DNA from: Candidatus Eiseniibacteriota bacterium
GTDB lineage: Bacteria; Eisenbacteria; RBG-16-71-46
Length of the DNA stretch: 64,000 nucleotides
Assembly (NCBI GenBank): GCA_963744995.1
Contig: CAVUWA010000002.1
Span: 320,001-384,000, forward strand
Direction: 5' to 3'
The notes under the pieces are model-generated. The model saw only the letters and a program-made list of their open reading frames with translations. It had not been told where the DNA came from and did not search any database. Below, piece after piece: positions 1-9,600 of the stretch. The first letter of the stretch is position 1; each line of letters starts with the position of its first letter. The position numbers and the translations under genes are program-made.

Positions 1-2
1 CG

Positions 3-695
3 GCGTTCTACAAGGACATCCGCGACCTGCTCGGCGTCGAGTTCATCCAGACCTACAACGATGCCGAGTACGCGCGCCTGACCAACTCCGACTTCGGCAG
101 CGTGATCGGCTTCACCCTCGCGCTCAACCAGCGCCAGCGCGGCCTGTTCAGCAGCCGGATCGACTACACCTGGCAGCGCGCGCGCGGCAACTCCAGCGAC
201 CCGCGTGAAACGGCCACGCGCGCGGAGGCCGGGGAGGACCCGCGCCCGCGCGAAGTGCCGTTCAACTGGGACCAGCGCCACACGCTCAACGTGTCGGCAT
301 GGCTGTCCAAGCCGGACGACTTCACGGTGAGCGGCGTGCTGCGGCTCGCCAGCGGACAGCCGTATACGCCGAACGTCGAAGGCGGTTTCGGTTTCGGGCA
401 GGAGGAGAACTCGGGGCGCAAACCCGTCGCGGTGACGTTCGACCTGCGCGCCGAAAAGTCGGTGCGCTGGGGCGACGCCAGGCCTCAGCTGTTCGCACGG
501 GTGTTGAACGTGTTCGACGCCCGCTACTTCAATGGATTCGTGTTTCCGAGCACGGGCAGCCCTTACTACACGCGATACCCGTCGGCCGAGATGTCGACGC
601 TCGAGAATCCGAATCGGTTCTTCGGCCCGCGCAAGATCGAGGTGGGCGTTCGAGTTCATCTGGGAGCCGGCCGGAGCACGGAGCAGGAGACATGA
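3..695 (+). CDS. TonB-dependent outer-membrane receptor, C-terminal part (5' truncated by window)
   Basis: Frame is open from base 3 (AFYKDIRDLLGVEF...NSDFGSVIG). It has amphipathic beta-strands, 'WDQRHTLN', 'NVFDARY' and a terminal 'GPRKIEVGVRV' strand typical of TBDR barrels. The stop overlaps the next ATG (ATGA). Confidence 0.85.
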   Translation, partial: AFYKDIRDLLGVEFIQTYNDAEYARLTNSDFGSVIGFTLALNQRQRGLFSSRIDYTWQRARGNSSDPRETATRAEAGEDPRPREVPFNWDQRHTLNVSAWLSKPDDFTVSGVLRLASGQPYTPNVEGGFGFGQEENSGRKPVAVTFDLRAEKSVRWGDARPQLFARVLNVFDARYFNGFVFPSTGSPYYTRYPSAEMSTLENPNRFFGPRKIEVGVRVHLGAGRSTEQET

Positions 696-3600
696 TGAAG
701 CGCTGGGGATCGTGTGCGATCGTCGCGGTGTGGCTCGTTCTCGGGTCGGGTGCGGGAGCGCCTGCCGCCCGCGCCGCGGGGCAGTCGTCGCCGCCGCCCG
801 AGCAGCGCGGCCGCATCGACGCCGAGCGTTCCGGCTTCCACGACGCGGCCAACATTCGCACCGTGTTCTGGAACTACGGAATGGTCGGAGACTATCCCGC
901 CGACCCGGGCAACGTGGATCTCTCGGTGTTCCATTCGGTGGAAGTGCCGAAGGGCAGCGGGATGAACTACTCGGACGGCATCACCCCGTTCGTGCTCGCG
1001 AAGATCAAGCAGGCCAACGGCGACGATGCCTACATCATGGAGACCGGCTACCGCGAGCGGCAGGGCATCAGCCCGGTCAGCAACCTCACGATGCGCTTCG
1101 AGCCGCGGCCGGGCTGGTTCCAGGCCGACCCGAGCATCAACCAGGGGCGCTCACCCGCGATCAGCAGCGATCCGCGCACCTGGCCGGACAGCTGGCCGGA
1201 CAAGTTGAACGATCCCGACGATCCGGGCTGGTCCGGGAGCTGGGACGGCTACTTCGGCAAACGGCCGGGCGCCGATCAGGAGAGCTTCACCGTCATGGAC
1301 GACAACTTCTACGACGCGTGGACGTTCTTCCCCGACTCGACCGACCACACCCGCCACGGGCTCGGCCTGCGCGTCGAGGTGCGCGGGTTCCAGTGGGCGA
1401 ACCCGCAGGCCGGCAACGTGATCTTCTGGCACTACGACATCACCAACGAGGGCACGACCGATTACGACGACAACATCATCTTCGGTCTCTACATGGACTC
1501 GGGCGTCGGCGGCTCGGCGCTGTCCTGCGACGGCATCTACGAGTCGGACGACGACAATGCCTACTGGGACCGCAACGCCGGACTCAACCTGGTCTACACC
1601 TGGGACAAGAACGGCCATGGCCGCGATTTGTCCGGCCCATGCGGCAAGACCGGGTACCTGGGCTACGCCTATCTCGAGACGCCCGGCAACAAGTTCAACG
1701 GAATCGACGACGACAGCGACGGCATCGTGGACGAGGCGCGCGACGGCGGACCCGGCATCGAGATCGTCGGCCAGGACGCGATCCGTTCGTGGGTGTACTC
1801 GCACTATGACACGACGAAGTTCTTCGCGACCTACGGCAAGCTAGAGGACCGCCCGGCGTTCCGGGCCGGCACGTGGTGGACCGGCGACGAGGACATGGAC
1901 TGGAATCCCGACGTGAACGACACCGGCGCCGACGGCGTCAAGGACACGCACGATACCGGCGAGGACGACGGCATCCCCACCGAGGGCGAGGCGAACTTCG
2001 ATCGCACCGACCTCAATGAATCCGATCAGATCGGGCTCACCGGCTTCAAGATGAACCGCATCCGCGCCGGCGTCGGCAACCCGGATCAGATGACCGACAA
2101 CATCGTGTTCTTCACCGACAGTCAGAGCTGGCCGCAGCGCCTGTACCAGAAGTTCACGAATCCCTACGTGCCGGCGCGCTTCGACTCGGCGCTGGCCTCG
2201 AACTACAACATCGGCTTCCTGTTCGCGTCGGGACCGTTCCAGCTCAAAGTGGGCAAGACGGAACGCTTCAGTCTCGCACTCGCCTACGGCGCCGACCTCG
2301 CCGAGCTGCGCGAGACCGTGAAGGTCGTGCAGGAGATCTACAACGCGAACTATCAGTTCGCGGTGCCGCCCGACATGCCCACGCTGCATGCGGAGTCCGG
2401 CGACGGCTACGTGCGGCTGTCGTGGGACGACGTCGCCGAACGCTCGATCGATCCGGTCTCGAACAAGTTCGACTTCGAGGGCTACCGGATCTACCGCTCG
2501 ACCGATCCGGACTTCCGCGACGTCAAGGTGCTCACCACCGGCCGCGGCAATCCGTCCACGCTCAGCGGCAAGCCGATCGCCCAGTTCGACCTGGCCGACA
2601 GCGTGCGCGGTTACTCGAACGTCACGGTCGACGGCGTCGCGTACTACCTGGGCAACGAGACCGGCATCACCCACACCTGGACGGATACCACGGTCACGAA
2701 CGGGCAGGACTACTACTACGCCGTGACGTCCTACGACTACGGCTCGCCGGAGACGGTCGGAGACGAGTTCAAGTTCTTCCCCTCGGAGAATGCGATTGCG
2801 GTGTCACGCACGCCGCGCGGCGGCACGATCCTGCCGAAGAACGTGGTGCTGGTGCGACCGGAACCCAGGGTGCCGGGCTACGAAGCGGCGGAGGCCGGCG
2901 CGGTGGAGAAGACGGCCGGGGACGGCACCGGCTCGGTCACGACGCGAATCATTCACGACGGCGAGGTGGCGGACGATCACCTCTACAAGCTCACGTTCCA
3001 GGTGCCGTCGCCGGACAGCATCCACGCCAGCGCGTACACGCTGAAGGACAGCACCACCGGCGACGTGTTCTTCTCGACCGGGCGGGATTTCGACGGGGGC
3101 GGCATCGGTCCAGTAGGTGGCGGCATCCTGCCGATCGTGAGCTCGCCGACCGTATCGTCGTTCGATGCGGATTCGTCCGGCTTCACGGCCGGTTCGCCGA
3201 CCAACACGCGGCTGAAGGCGGTCTACTCCCCGGGGCTCGACCGCAACTGGCGGCGCCGGGGCTATCCCAACAACATTCGCATCGAGTTCTCCGACACGGT
3301 GCAGGACACCGGGCTCTTCCTGCCCCCGCTGCCGGCGAAGCCGGCGAAGTTCAAGGTGTATGCGGAGTCGCCGTCGGGAGACATCCCGCTCGACTTCCAG
3401 TTCTACGACCCGGACAACAATGGCACGTTGAGCCGGCCGGACGAGTACATCGTGATCCTCACCTACGACACGCCGCCGGCCACGCGTTTCGACATCACGT
3501 GGGAAGTGCGACTCGACACACTCGGTCAGGGCGCACGCGGGCCGATCGTGCCTCCGGGCGCCGGTGACACCTGGAACATGGTGGTCACCCGCCCGCTCGG

Positions 3601-3979
3601 CGACGACGACGTATTCGTGTTCAGGACGACGGGGCAGCGCGTCGACCCCGCGGCGGCCGCCGCGGCACCGCTCGAGCCCTACGTGGTTCCCAATCCGTAC
3701 GTCGGTGCGGCGAGCTTCGAACCGGAGCGCTTCGCGACCAACGGGCGTGGCGAGCGCCGCGTCGAGTTCCGCAATCTGCCGCTGGGCAGCGTCATCCGCA
3801 TCTACACCGTGCACGGCGATCTGGTGCAGACGCTGCGCCAGGACGGTTCGACGAATGGAACGGTGCCGTGGGACCTGCGGACGCGCGACAACCTCGATGT
3901 GGCGCCGGGGCTGTACGTGTATCAGGTGGAAGCACCGGGCGCCCGCACCCACGTCGGCAAGTTCGCGATCATCAAGTGA
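692..3979 (+). CDS. Large secreted protein (~1095 aa) with Asp-rich Ca-binding-like loops, an FN3-like domain and a C-terminal FlgD/T9SS-like sorting domain
   Basis: ATGATG at 692/695 after AGGAG, followed by a signal peptide (MKRWGSCAIVAVWLVLG...ARA). Motifs include NGIDDDSDGIVDE, an FN3-like VRLSW...FEGYRIYRS...YYYAVTSYD segment, and the C-terminus VPNPY...IRIYTVHGDLVQTL...WDLRTRDNLDVAPGLY...GKFAIIK. Confidence 0.8.
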   Translation: MMKRWGSCAIVAVWLVLGSGAGAPAARAAGQSSPPPEQRGRIDAERSGFHDAANIRTVFWNYGMVGDYPADPGNVDLSVFHSVEVPKGSGMNYSDGITPFVLAKIKQANGDDAYIMETGYRERQGISPVSNLTMRFEPRPGWFQADPSINQGRSPAISSDPRTWPDSWPDKLNDPDDPGWSGSWDGYFGKRPGADQESFTVMDDNFYDAWTFFPDSTDHTRHGLGLRVEVRGFQWANPQAGNVIFWHYDITNEGTTDYDDNIIFGLYMDSGVGGSALSCDGIYESDDDNAYWDRNAGLNLVYTWDKNGHGRDLSGPCGKTGYLGYAYLETPGNKFNGIDDDSDGIVDEARDGGPGIEIVGQDAIRSWVYSHYDTTKFFATYGKLEDRPAFRAGTWWTGDEDMDWNPDVNDTGADGVKDTHDTGEDDGIPTEGEANFDRTDLNESDQIGLTGFKMNRIRAGVGNPDQMTDNIVFFTDSQSWPQRLYQKFTNPYVPARFDSALASNYNIGFLFASGPFQLKVGKTERFSLALAYGADLAELRETVKVVQEIYNANYQFAVPPDMPTLHAESGDGYVRLSWDDVAERSIDPVSNKFDFEGYRIYRSTDPDFRDVKVLTTGRGNPSTLSGKPIAQFDLADSVRGYSNVTVDGVAYYLGNETGITHTWTDTTVTNGQDYYYAVTSYDYGSPETVGDEFKFFPSENAIAVSRTPRGGTILPKNVVLVRPEPRVPGYEAAEAGAVEKTAGDGTGSVTTRIIHDGEVADDHLYKLTFQVPSPDSIHASAYTLKDSTTGDVFFSTGRDFDGGGIGPVGGGILPIVSSPTVSSFDADSSGFTAGSPTNTRLKAVYSPGLDRNWRRRGYPNNIRIEFSDTVQDTGLFLPPLPAKPAKFKVYAESPSGDIPLDFQFYDPDNNGTLSRPDEYIVILTYDTPPATRFDITWEVRLDTLGQGARGPIVPPGAGDTWNMVVTRPLGDDDVFVFRTTGQRVDPAAAAAAPLEPYVVPNPYVGAASFEPERFATNGRGERRVEFRNLPLGSVIRIYTVHGDLVQTLRQDGSTNGTVPWDLRTRDNLDVAPGLYVYQVEAPGARTHVGKFAIIK

Positions 3980-3987
3980 GGTCTCCC

Positions 3988-5007
3988 GTGCGCCAGTTGC
4001 CGCTGCTCGCTGCCGCCGCCCTCGCGGCGCTCGCCGCTCTGCCGGTCGCGGCGTTCGCCCAGTCCAAGGTCGGCACCACGATCGGACAGTTCCTGCTCAT
4101 CGAGCCCAGCGCGCGCGTGGCGGGCATGGGCAACGCCGGCGTCACACTGCTCTCCGGCCTCGACGGCGCCTATTACAATCCGGCGTCGGCGGCCCATGTG
4201 GATCGCTACGAGCTGGCGTTCACGCACGCCGATTGGTTCGCGGGCATCCGCTACGACTACGCCGCGTTCGCGATGCCGCTCGGGCGCTGGGGCAACGGGT
4301 ACGTCTCGGTGACCTCGCTCGGCTCGGGGGACATCGAGGTCCGCACGGTGGCGCAGCCACTCGGCACGGGGCTGCTCTACTCGGTGAACGACGTCGCGAT
4401 CGGTGTCGGCTATGCCCGCGACATCACCGACCGCTTCTCGGTCGGCACGCAGATCACCTGGCTGCAGGAGACGATCTGGAACAGTTCGGCGAGCGCCGCG
4501 ACCGTGAGCATCGGCACGCTGTTCCGGATCTCCGACAACGGCCTGCACATCGGCTCGAGCCTCAGCAACTTCGGCACGCAGACCCGTTTCGACGGACGCG
4601 ACCTGCGGATCCTCTACGACAACGATCCGACCCGTTACGGCGACAACGGCGCTCTGCCCGGGCTGCGCTACACCGACACCTTCAGCCTGCCCGCGCTGTT
4701 CCGCGTCGGGCTCGGCCTGCCGCTCAGGATCAACGCGGCCCAGACCCTGAACATGGCCGTCGATGCGTACCACCCGAGCGACAACGCCGAGAGCGTGAGC
4801 ATGGGTGCCGAATGGGCCTACCGCGATCTCGTCGCGCTGCGCGCGGGCTACCAGAACCTGTTCCTGACCGATTCCGAGACCGGGCTCACGCTGGGCGCCG
4901 GGGTGGGGGGCAGACTCGACGAATACCGCTATCGCCTGAACTACGCCTGGGCGGACCAGGGTCGTCTCGGTTCGTCCCAGCGGTTCTCACTGAACATCGG
5001 CTTCTGA
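3988..5007 (+). CDS. PorV/PorQ-family (FadL-like) outer-membrane beta-barrel
   Basis: Signal peptide, then 'QFLLIEPSARVAGMGNAG' and 'YYNPA' N-terminal motifs characteristic of PorV-like proteins, 'ALRAGY', and a terminal Phe (SLNIGF). Confidence 0.85.
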   Translation: MRQLPLLAAAALAALAALPVAAFAQSKVGTTIGQFLLIEPSARVAGMGNAGVTLLSGLDGAYYNPASAAHVDRYELAFTHADWFAGIRYDYAAFAMPLGRWGNGYVSVTSLGSGDIEVRTVAQPLGTGLLYSVNDVAIGVGYARDITDRFSVGTQITWLQETIWNSSASAATVSIGTLFRISDNGLHIGSSLSNFGTQTRFDGRDLRILYDNDPTRYGDNGALPGLRYTDTFSLPALFRVGLGLPLRINAAQTLNMAVDAYHPSDNAESVSMGAEWAYRDLVALRAGYQNLFLTDSETGLTLGAGVGGRLDEYRYRLNYAWADQGRLGSSQRFSLNIGF

Positions 5008-5008
5008 C

Positions 5009-5040
5009 GGCGGCGTCCGGCCGTACCGGACGTCCGCCGC
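5009..5040 (+). terminator. Intergenic GC-rich stem-loop (possible attenuator or mRNA-stabilising hairpin)
   Basis: cgtccgg-ccgta-ccggacg core with flanking gcgg/ccgc pairing, lying between the PorV-like gene and GH144. There is no U-tract. Confidence 0.35.
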
Positions 5041-5053
5041 GAGGAACGGACGC

Positions 5054-6622
5054 ATGAAAACACTCCTTCTTGCACTGCTCGCGCTGCCGCTCCTGGCGCC
5101 GCCCGCCTCGGCGCTCACCGACGCACAGCTCATCGATCTCGTCCAGCACGAGGCGTTCGACTTCTTCTGGAACGAGGTCAACCCGACCAACGGCCTGATC
5201 AAGGACCGCAGCACGCCGACCTCGCCCGCGAGCATCGCCTCCAACGGCTTCGGCTTCTCGGCGATCTGCATCGGTATCGAGCGCGGCTGGATCACCCGTG
5301 CGGAGGGCCGCGCCCGCGTGCTGACCACGCTCGAAACCTACTGGAACCAGCCGCAGGGCACCGCCGAGACCGGCGTCATCGGGTACAAGGGCTTCTACTA
5401 CCACTTCCTCGACATGAACACGGCGACGCGCACCTGGTCGTCCGAGCTGTCTTCGATCGATTCGGCGCTGCTGTTCGCCGGTATTCTGGACGCGCAGCAG
5501 TTCTTCGACGGAACCGAACCCGACGAAGTGCAGATCCGCGCGCTGGCCGACTCGATCTACCGCCGCGCCGACTGGGAGTGGTTCCGTAATTTCGGAACCG
5601 GCATCCGCATGGGCTGGAAGCCGACGGGCGGGTTCGGCAATTTCGGCACCTGGGTCGGCTACAACGAGGCGATGATCATGTACCTGCTCGGCCTCGGCTC
5701 GCCCACGCACGCCAACCCGTCGAGCGTCTGGAGCACGTGGACCAGCGGCTACAACTGGGCGAACTGGTACGGCTACGAATACGTCGTCTTTCCGCCGCTG
5801 TTCGGGCATCAGTACTCGCACTGCTGGGTGGATTTCCGGCTCGCCAACGACGCGTACATGAGCAACAAGGGCATCACCTATTTCGAGAACTCGCGCCGCG
5901 CGACGTTGGCGCAGCGCCAGTACTGCATCTACAACTTCATCGGCTTCACTGGCTACGGGGCGGACCTGTGGGGGCTGACCGCCAGCGACGATCCTCTGGT
6001 CGGCTACCAGGCGCATGGCGCGCCGCCCTCGCAGAACGACAACGGCACGCTCACGCCGACCGCGCCGGTCAGTTCGCTGCCGTTCGCCCCTGAGGTCGTG
6101 CTGCCGACCATGCAGAACATGTACGACAACTGGCCCTCGCTGTGGGGACCGTACGGATTCCTCGACGCGTTCAACCCCACCCACGACTGGTACGACACCG
6201 ACTACATCGGGATCGACGAAGGCCCGATGGTGATCATGATCGAGAACTACCGCAGTGGCTCGACCTGGAAGCGCATGATGTCGAGCCCCTACATCCTGGC
6301 CGGCCTCGCAGGCGCCGGGTTCAATGCGGTCGCTGCGGTCGAAGACCACCCGGTGGGCTCCGGCGTCGCGCTGGCCGCGCCACAGCCGAATCCGTTCCGC
6401 GGTCGCACCGAGCTGCGTTTCGATCTGCCCGCGCCCGCACGTGTGCGGCTCGCGGTGTTCGATGCCGCGGGCCGGCGCGTGGCGCAGCTGATCGACGGCG
6501 TGCTCGCAGCCGGACCGCACATCGCCACTTTCGACGCGGCGGCTCTTGCGCCCGGCGTCTACGAATGCGTGCTGCAGGCGGGCGACCGTCGTGCCGTGCG
6601 CACCGTCGTCCATCTCCGTTGA
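5054..6622 (+). CDS. Glucoamylase-family (GH144-like, endo-beta-1,2-glucanase-type) glycoside hydrolase with C-terminal T9SS/FlgD-like domain
   Basis: Signal peptide. Motifs GFYYHFLD, ELSSIDSALL, GYNEAMIMY, PLFGHQYSH, WGLTASD, YGFLDAFN, YIGIDEGP. CTD: PQPNPFR...LAVFDAAGRRVAQL...APGVY. Confidence 0.85.
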   Translation: MKTLLLALLALPLLAPPASALTDAQLIDLVQHEAFDFFWNEVNPTNGLIKDRSTPTSPASIASNGFGFSAICIGIERGWITRAEGRARVLTTLETYWNQPQGTAETGVIGYKGFYYHFLDMNTATRTWSSELSSIDSALLFAGILDAQQFFDGTEPDEVQIRALADSIYRRADWEWFRNFGTGIRMGWKPTGGFGNFGTWVGYNEAMIMYLLGLGSPTHANPSSVWSTWTSGYNWANWYGYEYVVFPPLFGHQYSHCWVDFRLANDAYMSNKGITYFENSRRATLAQRQYCIYNFIGFTGYGADLWGLTASDDPLVGYQAHGAPPSQNDNGTLTPTAPVSSLPFAPEVVLPTMQNMYDNWPSLWGPYGFLDAFNPTHDWYDTDYIGIDEGPMVIMIENYRSGSTWKRMMSSPYILAGLAGAGFNAVAAVEDHPVGSGVALAAPQPNPFRGRTELRFDLPAPARVRLAVFDAAGRRVAQLIDGVLAAGPHIATFDAAALAPGVYECVLQAGDRRAVRTVVHLR

Positions 6623-6648
6623 GCGGGGACGACGCCAGAGGACCGCAC

Positions 6649-9600
6649 ATGGATCGTCGCGACGCGCTTCCCCCTGCGGCCCTGCTCGGGGCGGGAGAGA
6701 TGCGCGTGCGCCTGAGCGCCGCCGGTACCGGAGGCACGTGGTACGGCGAACATGCGCTGACGCGCTGGCGTCCCGATCCGGTCGAAGATCGATTCGGCTG
6801 GCGCTTCCAGGTGTACGAGCCGGAAACCGGCGCGTGCTGGCCGATCGGCCGCGGCGGCCCGGACGACGTGCCGGCGCGGTTCGACGCCGTTGCGGCTCCC
6901 GGCCGTTTCACGATCGAGCGCGCGGAAGACGGCATCGAGACGCGGCTCGAGGTGTGCGTGGATCCCGCGGCGAGCCGCGAACTCAGGCGCGTGACGCTGG
7001 TGAACACCGGCCGCACCGTGCGCACGATCCAGCTCGCGTCGATGTTCGAGGTGTCGCTGCAGCACCCGGCGGCCGACACCGCCCATCCCGCGTTCTCGAA
7101 GCTGTTCGTGCAGACCTCGTGGGACGCGCCACGGCGCGCACTGCTCGCACGGCGGCGCCCGCGCGGCGGCGACGAGCGCCATCCGTGGATGCTGCTCGCC
7201 GCGCCGGGCACGGACGGGCTCGAATGGGAGACCGACCGCGCGCGCCACCTGGGTCGCGGCGATCTCGCCCACCGGCGCGCGCGGCTCGCGGCACCGGGCG
7301 TGTTCGCGGGGAGCACCGGGAACGTGCTCGATCCGGTATTCGCGATCCGGCGCCGCGTGGCGCTCGACCCCGGCGCGAGCGCCGTGTTCGACTTCGTGCT
7401 CGCCGCCGCGCCGGAGCGGGATGCGGTGCTCGGGCTCGCGGCCGACCTCGATCCACCGCGGGTGGCCGCCCTCTTCGCAGCGGCTGAAGCGGCCGAGCGC
7501 GAGCGGCAGGCGGCGCTGGGGCTCGGTCCCGGGCGCGCCGCGTTTCTGCAGGCGCTGGGCGCCGCGGCGCTCGAGGGCCGGCCCGCGCTGCGCGGCGAGC
7601 GAGAAGCGTTCGCGCGCGCCGCAGGCTCGATCGACGCGCTGCGGAGGATGGGGCTCGATCCGGCGCAGCCGCTGGTGTTCGCCGAGGGCGAAGCCGTGCC
7701 GCTCGCCCTCGAGGCACTCCGCTACTGGCGGGCGCTTGGCTGGCCGTTCCAGCTGCTCGTCCAGGCCGGCGCCGCGGCGCCCTCCGCCGACCCCGCCGAT
7801 GGCGTGCACCTCGCTTCGGCGGCCGGCGAAGGCGCAGCAGACCTGCTGCTCGCGCGCGCCGCGGCATGCTGGGCGCCCGCGTCGGGCACGGCCCCGCGCC
7901 TGGAGCCCGCGCCCGCCGTGCCCCCGGTGGATCGCGCGCGGCCGCTCAGGTCATGCGACGGCGGCGCGCCGGCCGGCGGCGAAACGCTGCGCGCCGCCAA
8001 CGGGCTCGGCGGATTCAGCGCCGACGGGCGCGAATACGTGATCCGCGTGAGCGGTGTGAACGGTCATGGCCGGCCGCCGCAGCCCTGGGTGAACGTGATC
8101 GCCAACGAGCGGATCGGCTTTCTCATCAGCGAGTCGGGTGCCGCCTCCACGTGGGGGGCGAACAGCCGCGAGTACCGCCTGACGCCGTGGTCCAATGACC
8201 CGGTGCTCGATCCGTACGGCGAGGCGCTCTACGTGCGGGATCTCGACGACGCCACGTTCTGGTCGCCCATGCCGGGGCCGGTCGCGTGTGGCGGGGAATT
8301 CGAAGTGCGGCACGCCATGGGCGAGTCGCGCTTCCGTCACACCCACGCCGGGATCGAGCACGACACGCGCCTGTTCGTCGCCCGCGAGGATCCGGTCCGC
8401 TTCTGCCGCGTGCGGCTCGTCAATCGCTCGCCGCGCACCCGGCGGCTGTCGCTCGCCGCCTATCAGCGGCTGGTGCTGGGGGCACTGCCCGAGAGCGACG
8501 GGCGCTTCGCGGTCACCTCGCGCGACGCCGCGAGCGGCGCCCTGTTCGCCACGAGCGCGGTGGGCGACGCGTTCGCGCGCCGCGTCGCCTTCGCGCAGGT
8601 CGTGGCGCCGGACGGCGCCGCACGCCCCCGCGTGACCACCGATCGGGCCGCGTTCCTCGGGGTGCCCGGCGATCCCCGCCGGCCCGCCGCGTTCGTCCGC
8701 GGCGAGATGCTCGACGGCGTGACCGGCGCCGGCCTCGATCCGTGTTTCGCGTTCGATACGGCAATCGAGCTCGCGCCCGGCGAAGAGGTCGAGCGCACCT
8801 TCCTGCTGGGCGATGCTGCGGACGCCGCCGAGGCGCGTGCGCTGCTCGCCCGCCACGCGACGCCGGCGGCGGTCGAGGCGGCCCACGGAGAGGCGCTCGC
8901 GTTCTGGCAGAACCTCGTCGACGGCCTGCAGATCGAGACGCCGGAGCCGGCGCTCGACCTGATGGTCAACGCCTGGCTGCCGTATCAGGCGCTGAGCGGC
9001 CGCATGCTCGGCCGCACCGCCTTCTACCAGTCGAGCGGCGCATACGGGTTCCGCGACCAGCTGCAGGACGCGAGCGGTTTCACGCTGCTCGATCCGGACC
9101 GCTTCCGGCGCCAGATCCTGCTGCACGCCGCGCACCAGTTCGTGGAGGGCGACGTGCTGCACTGGTGGCACCCGCCGCTCGATCGCGGAATGCGCACCCG
9201 CTTCGCCGACGATCTCCTGTGGCTGCCCTGGCTCACCGCGGGTTACGTCGGGGCGACCGGCGACGTCTCGGTGCTCGAGGAGCGCCGGCCGCTCCTTACC
9301 GCCCGCGCCCTGGCGCCAGGCGAGGCGGAAGCGTTCGTCGAGCCGCGCCCGGCAGGGCGCACGGCCGACGTCTACACCCACGCATGCATGGCGATCGACC
9401 GCTCGCTCACGACCGGCGCGCACGGCCTGCCGCTGTTCGGCACCGGCGACTGGAACGACGGCATGAACCGGGTCGGCCAGGCCGGACGCGGCGAGAGCGT
9501 CTGGATGGCGTTCTTCCTGATCGCGGTGATCGACGCGTTCGCGCCGCTCTGCGAACGCCGCGGCGACGGCGCGCGCGCGGCGCGCTACCGCGCGCACGCG

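Noticed and set aside
299..691. N-terminal extensions in the ORF track (e.g. starts at 299, 3868, 6142, 10687, 14521, 28562, 28939)
   Set aside because: They overlap the upstream genes. Real starts were placed at RBS-, signal-peptide- or stop-overlap-supported codons.
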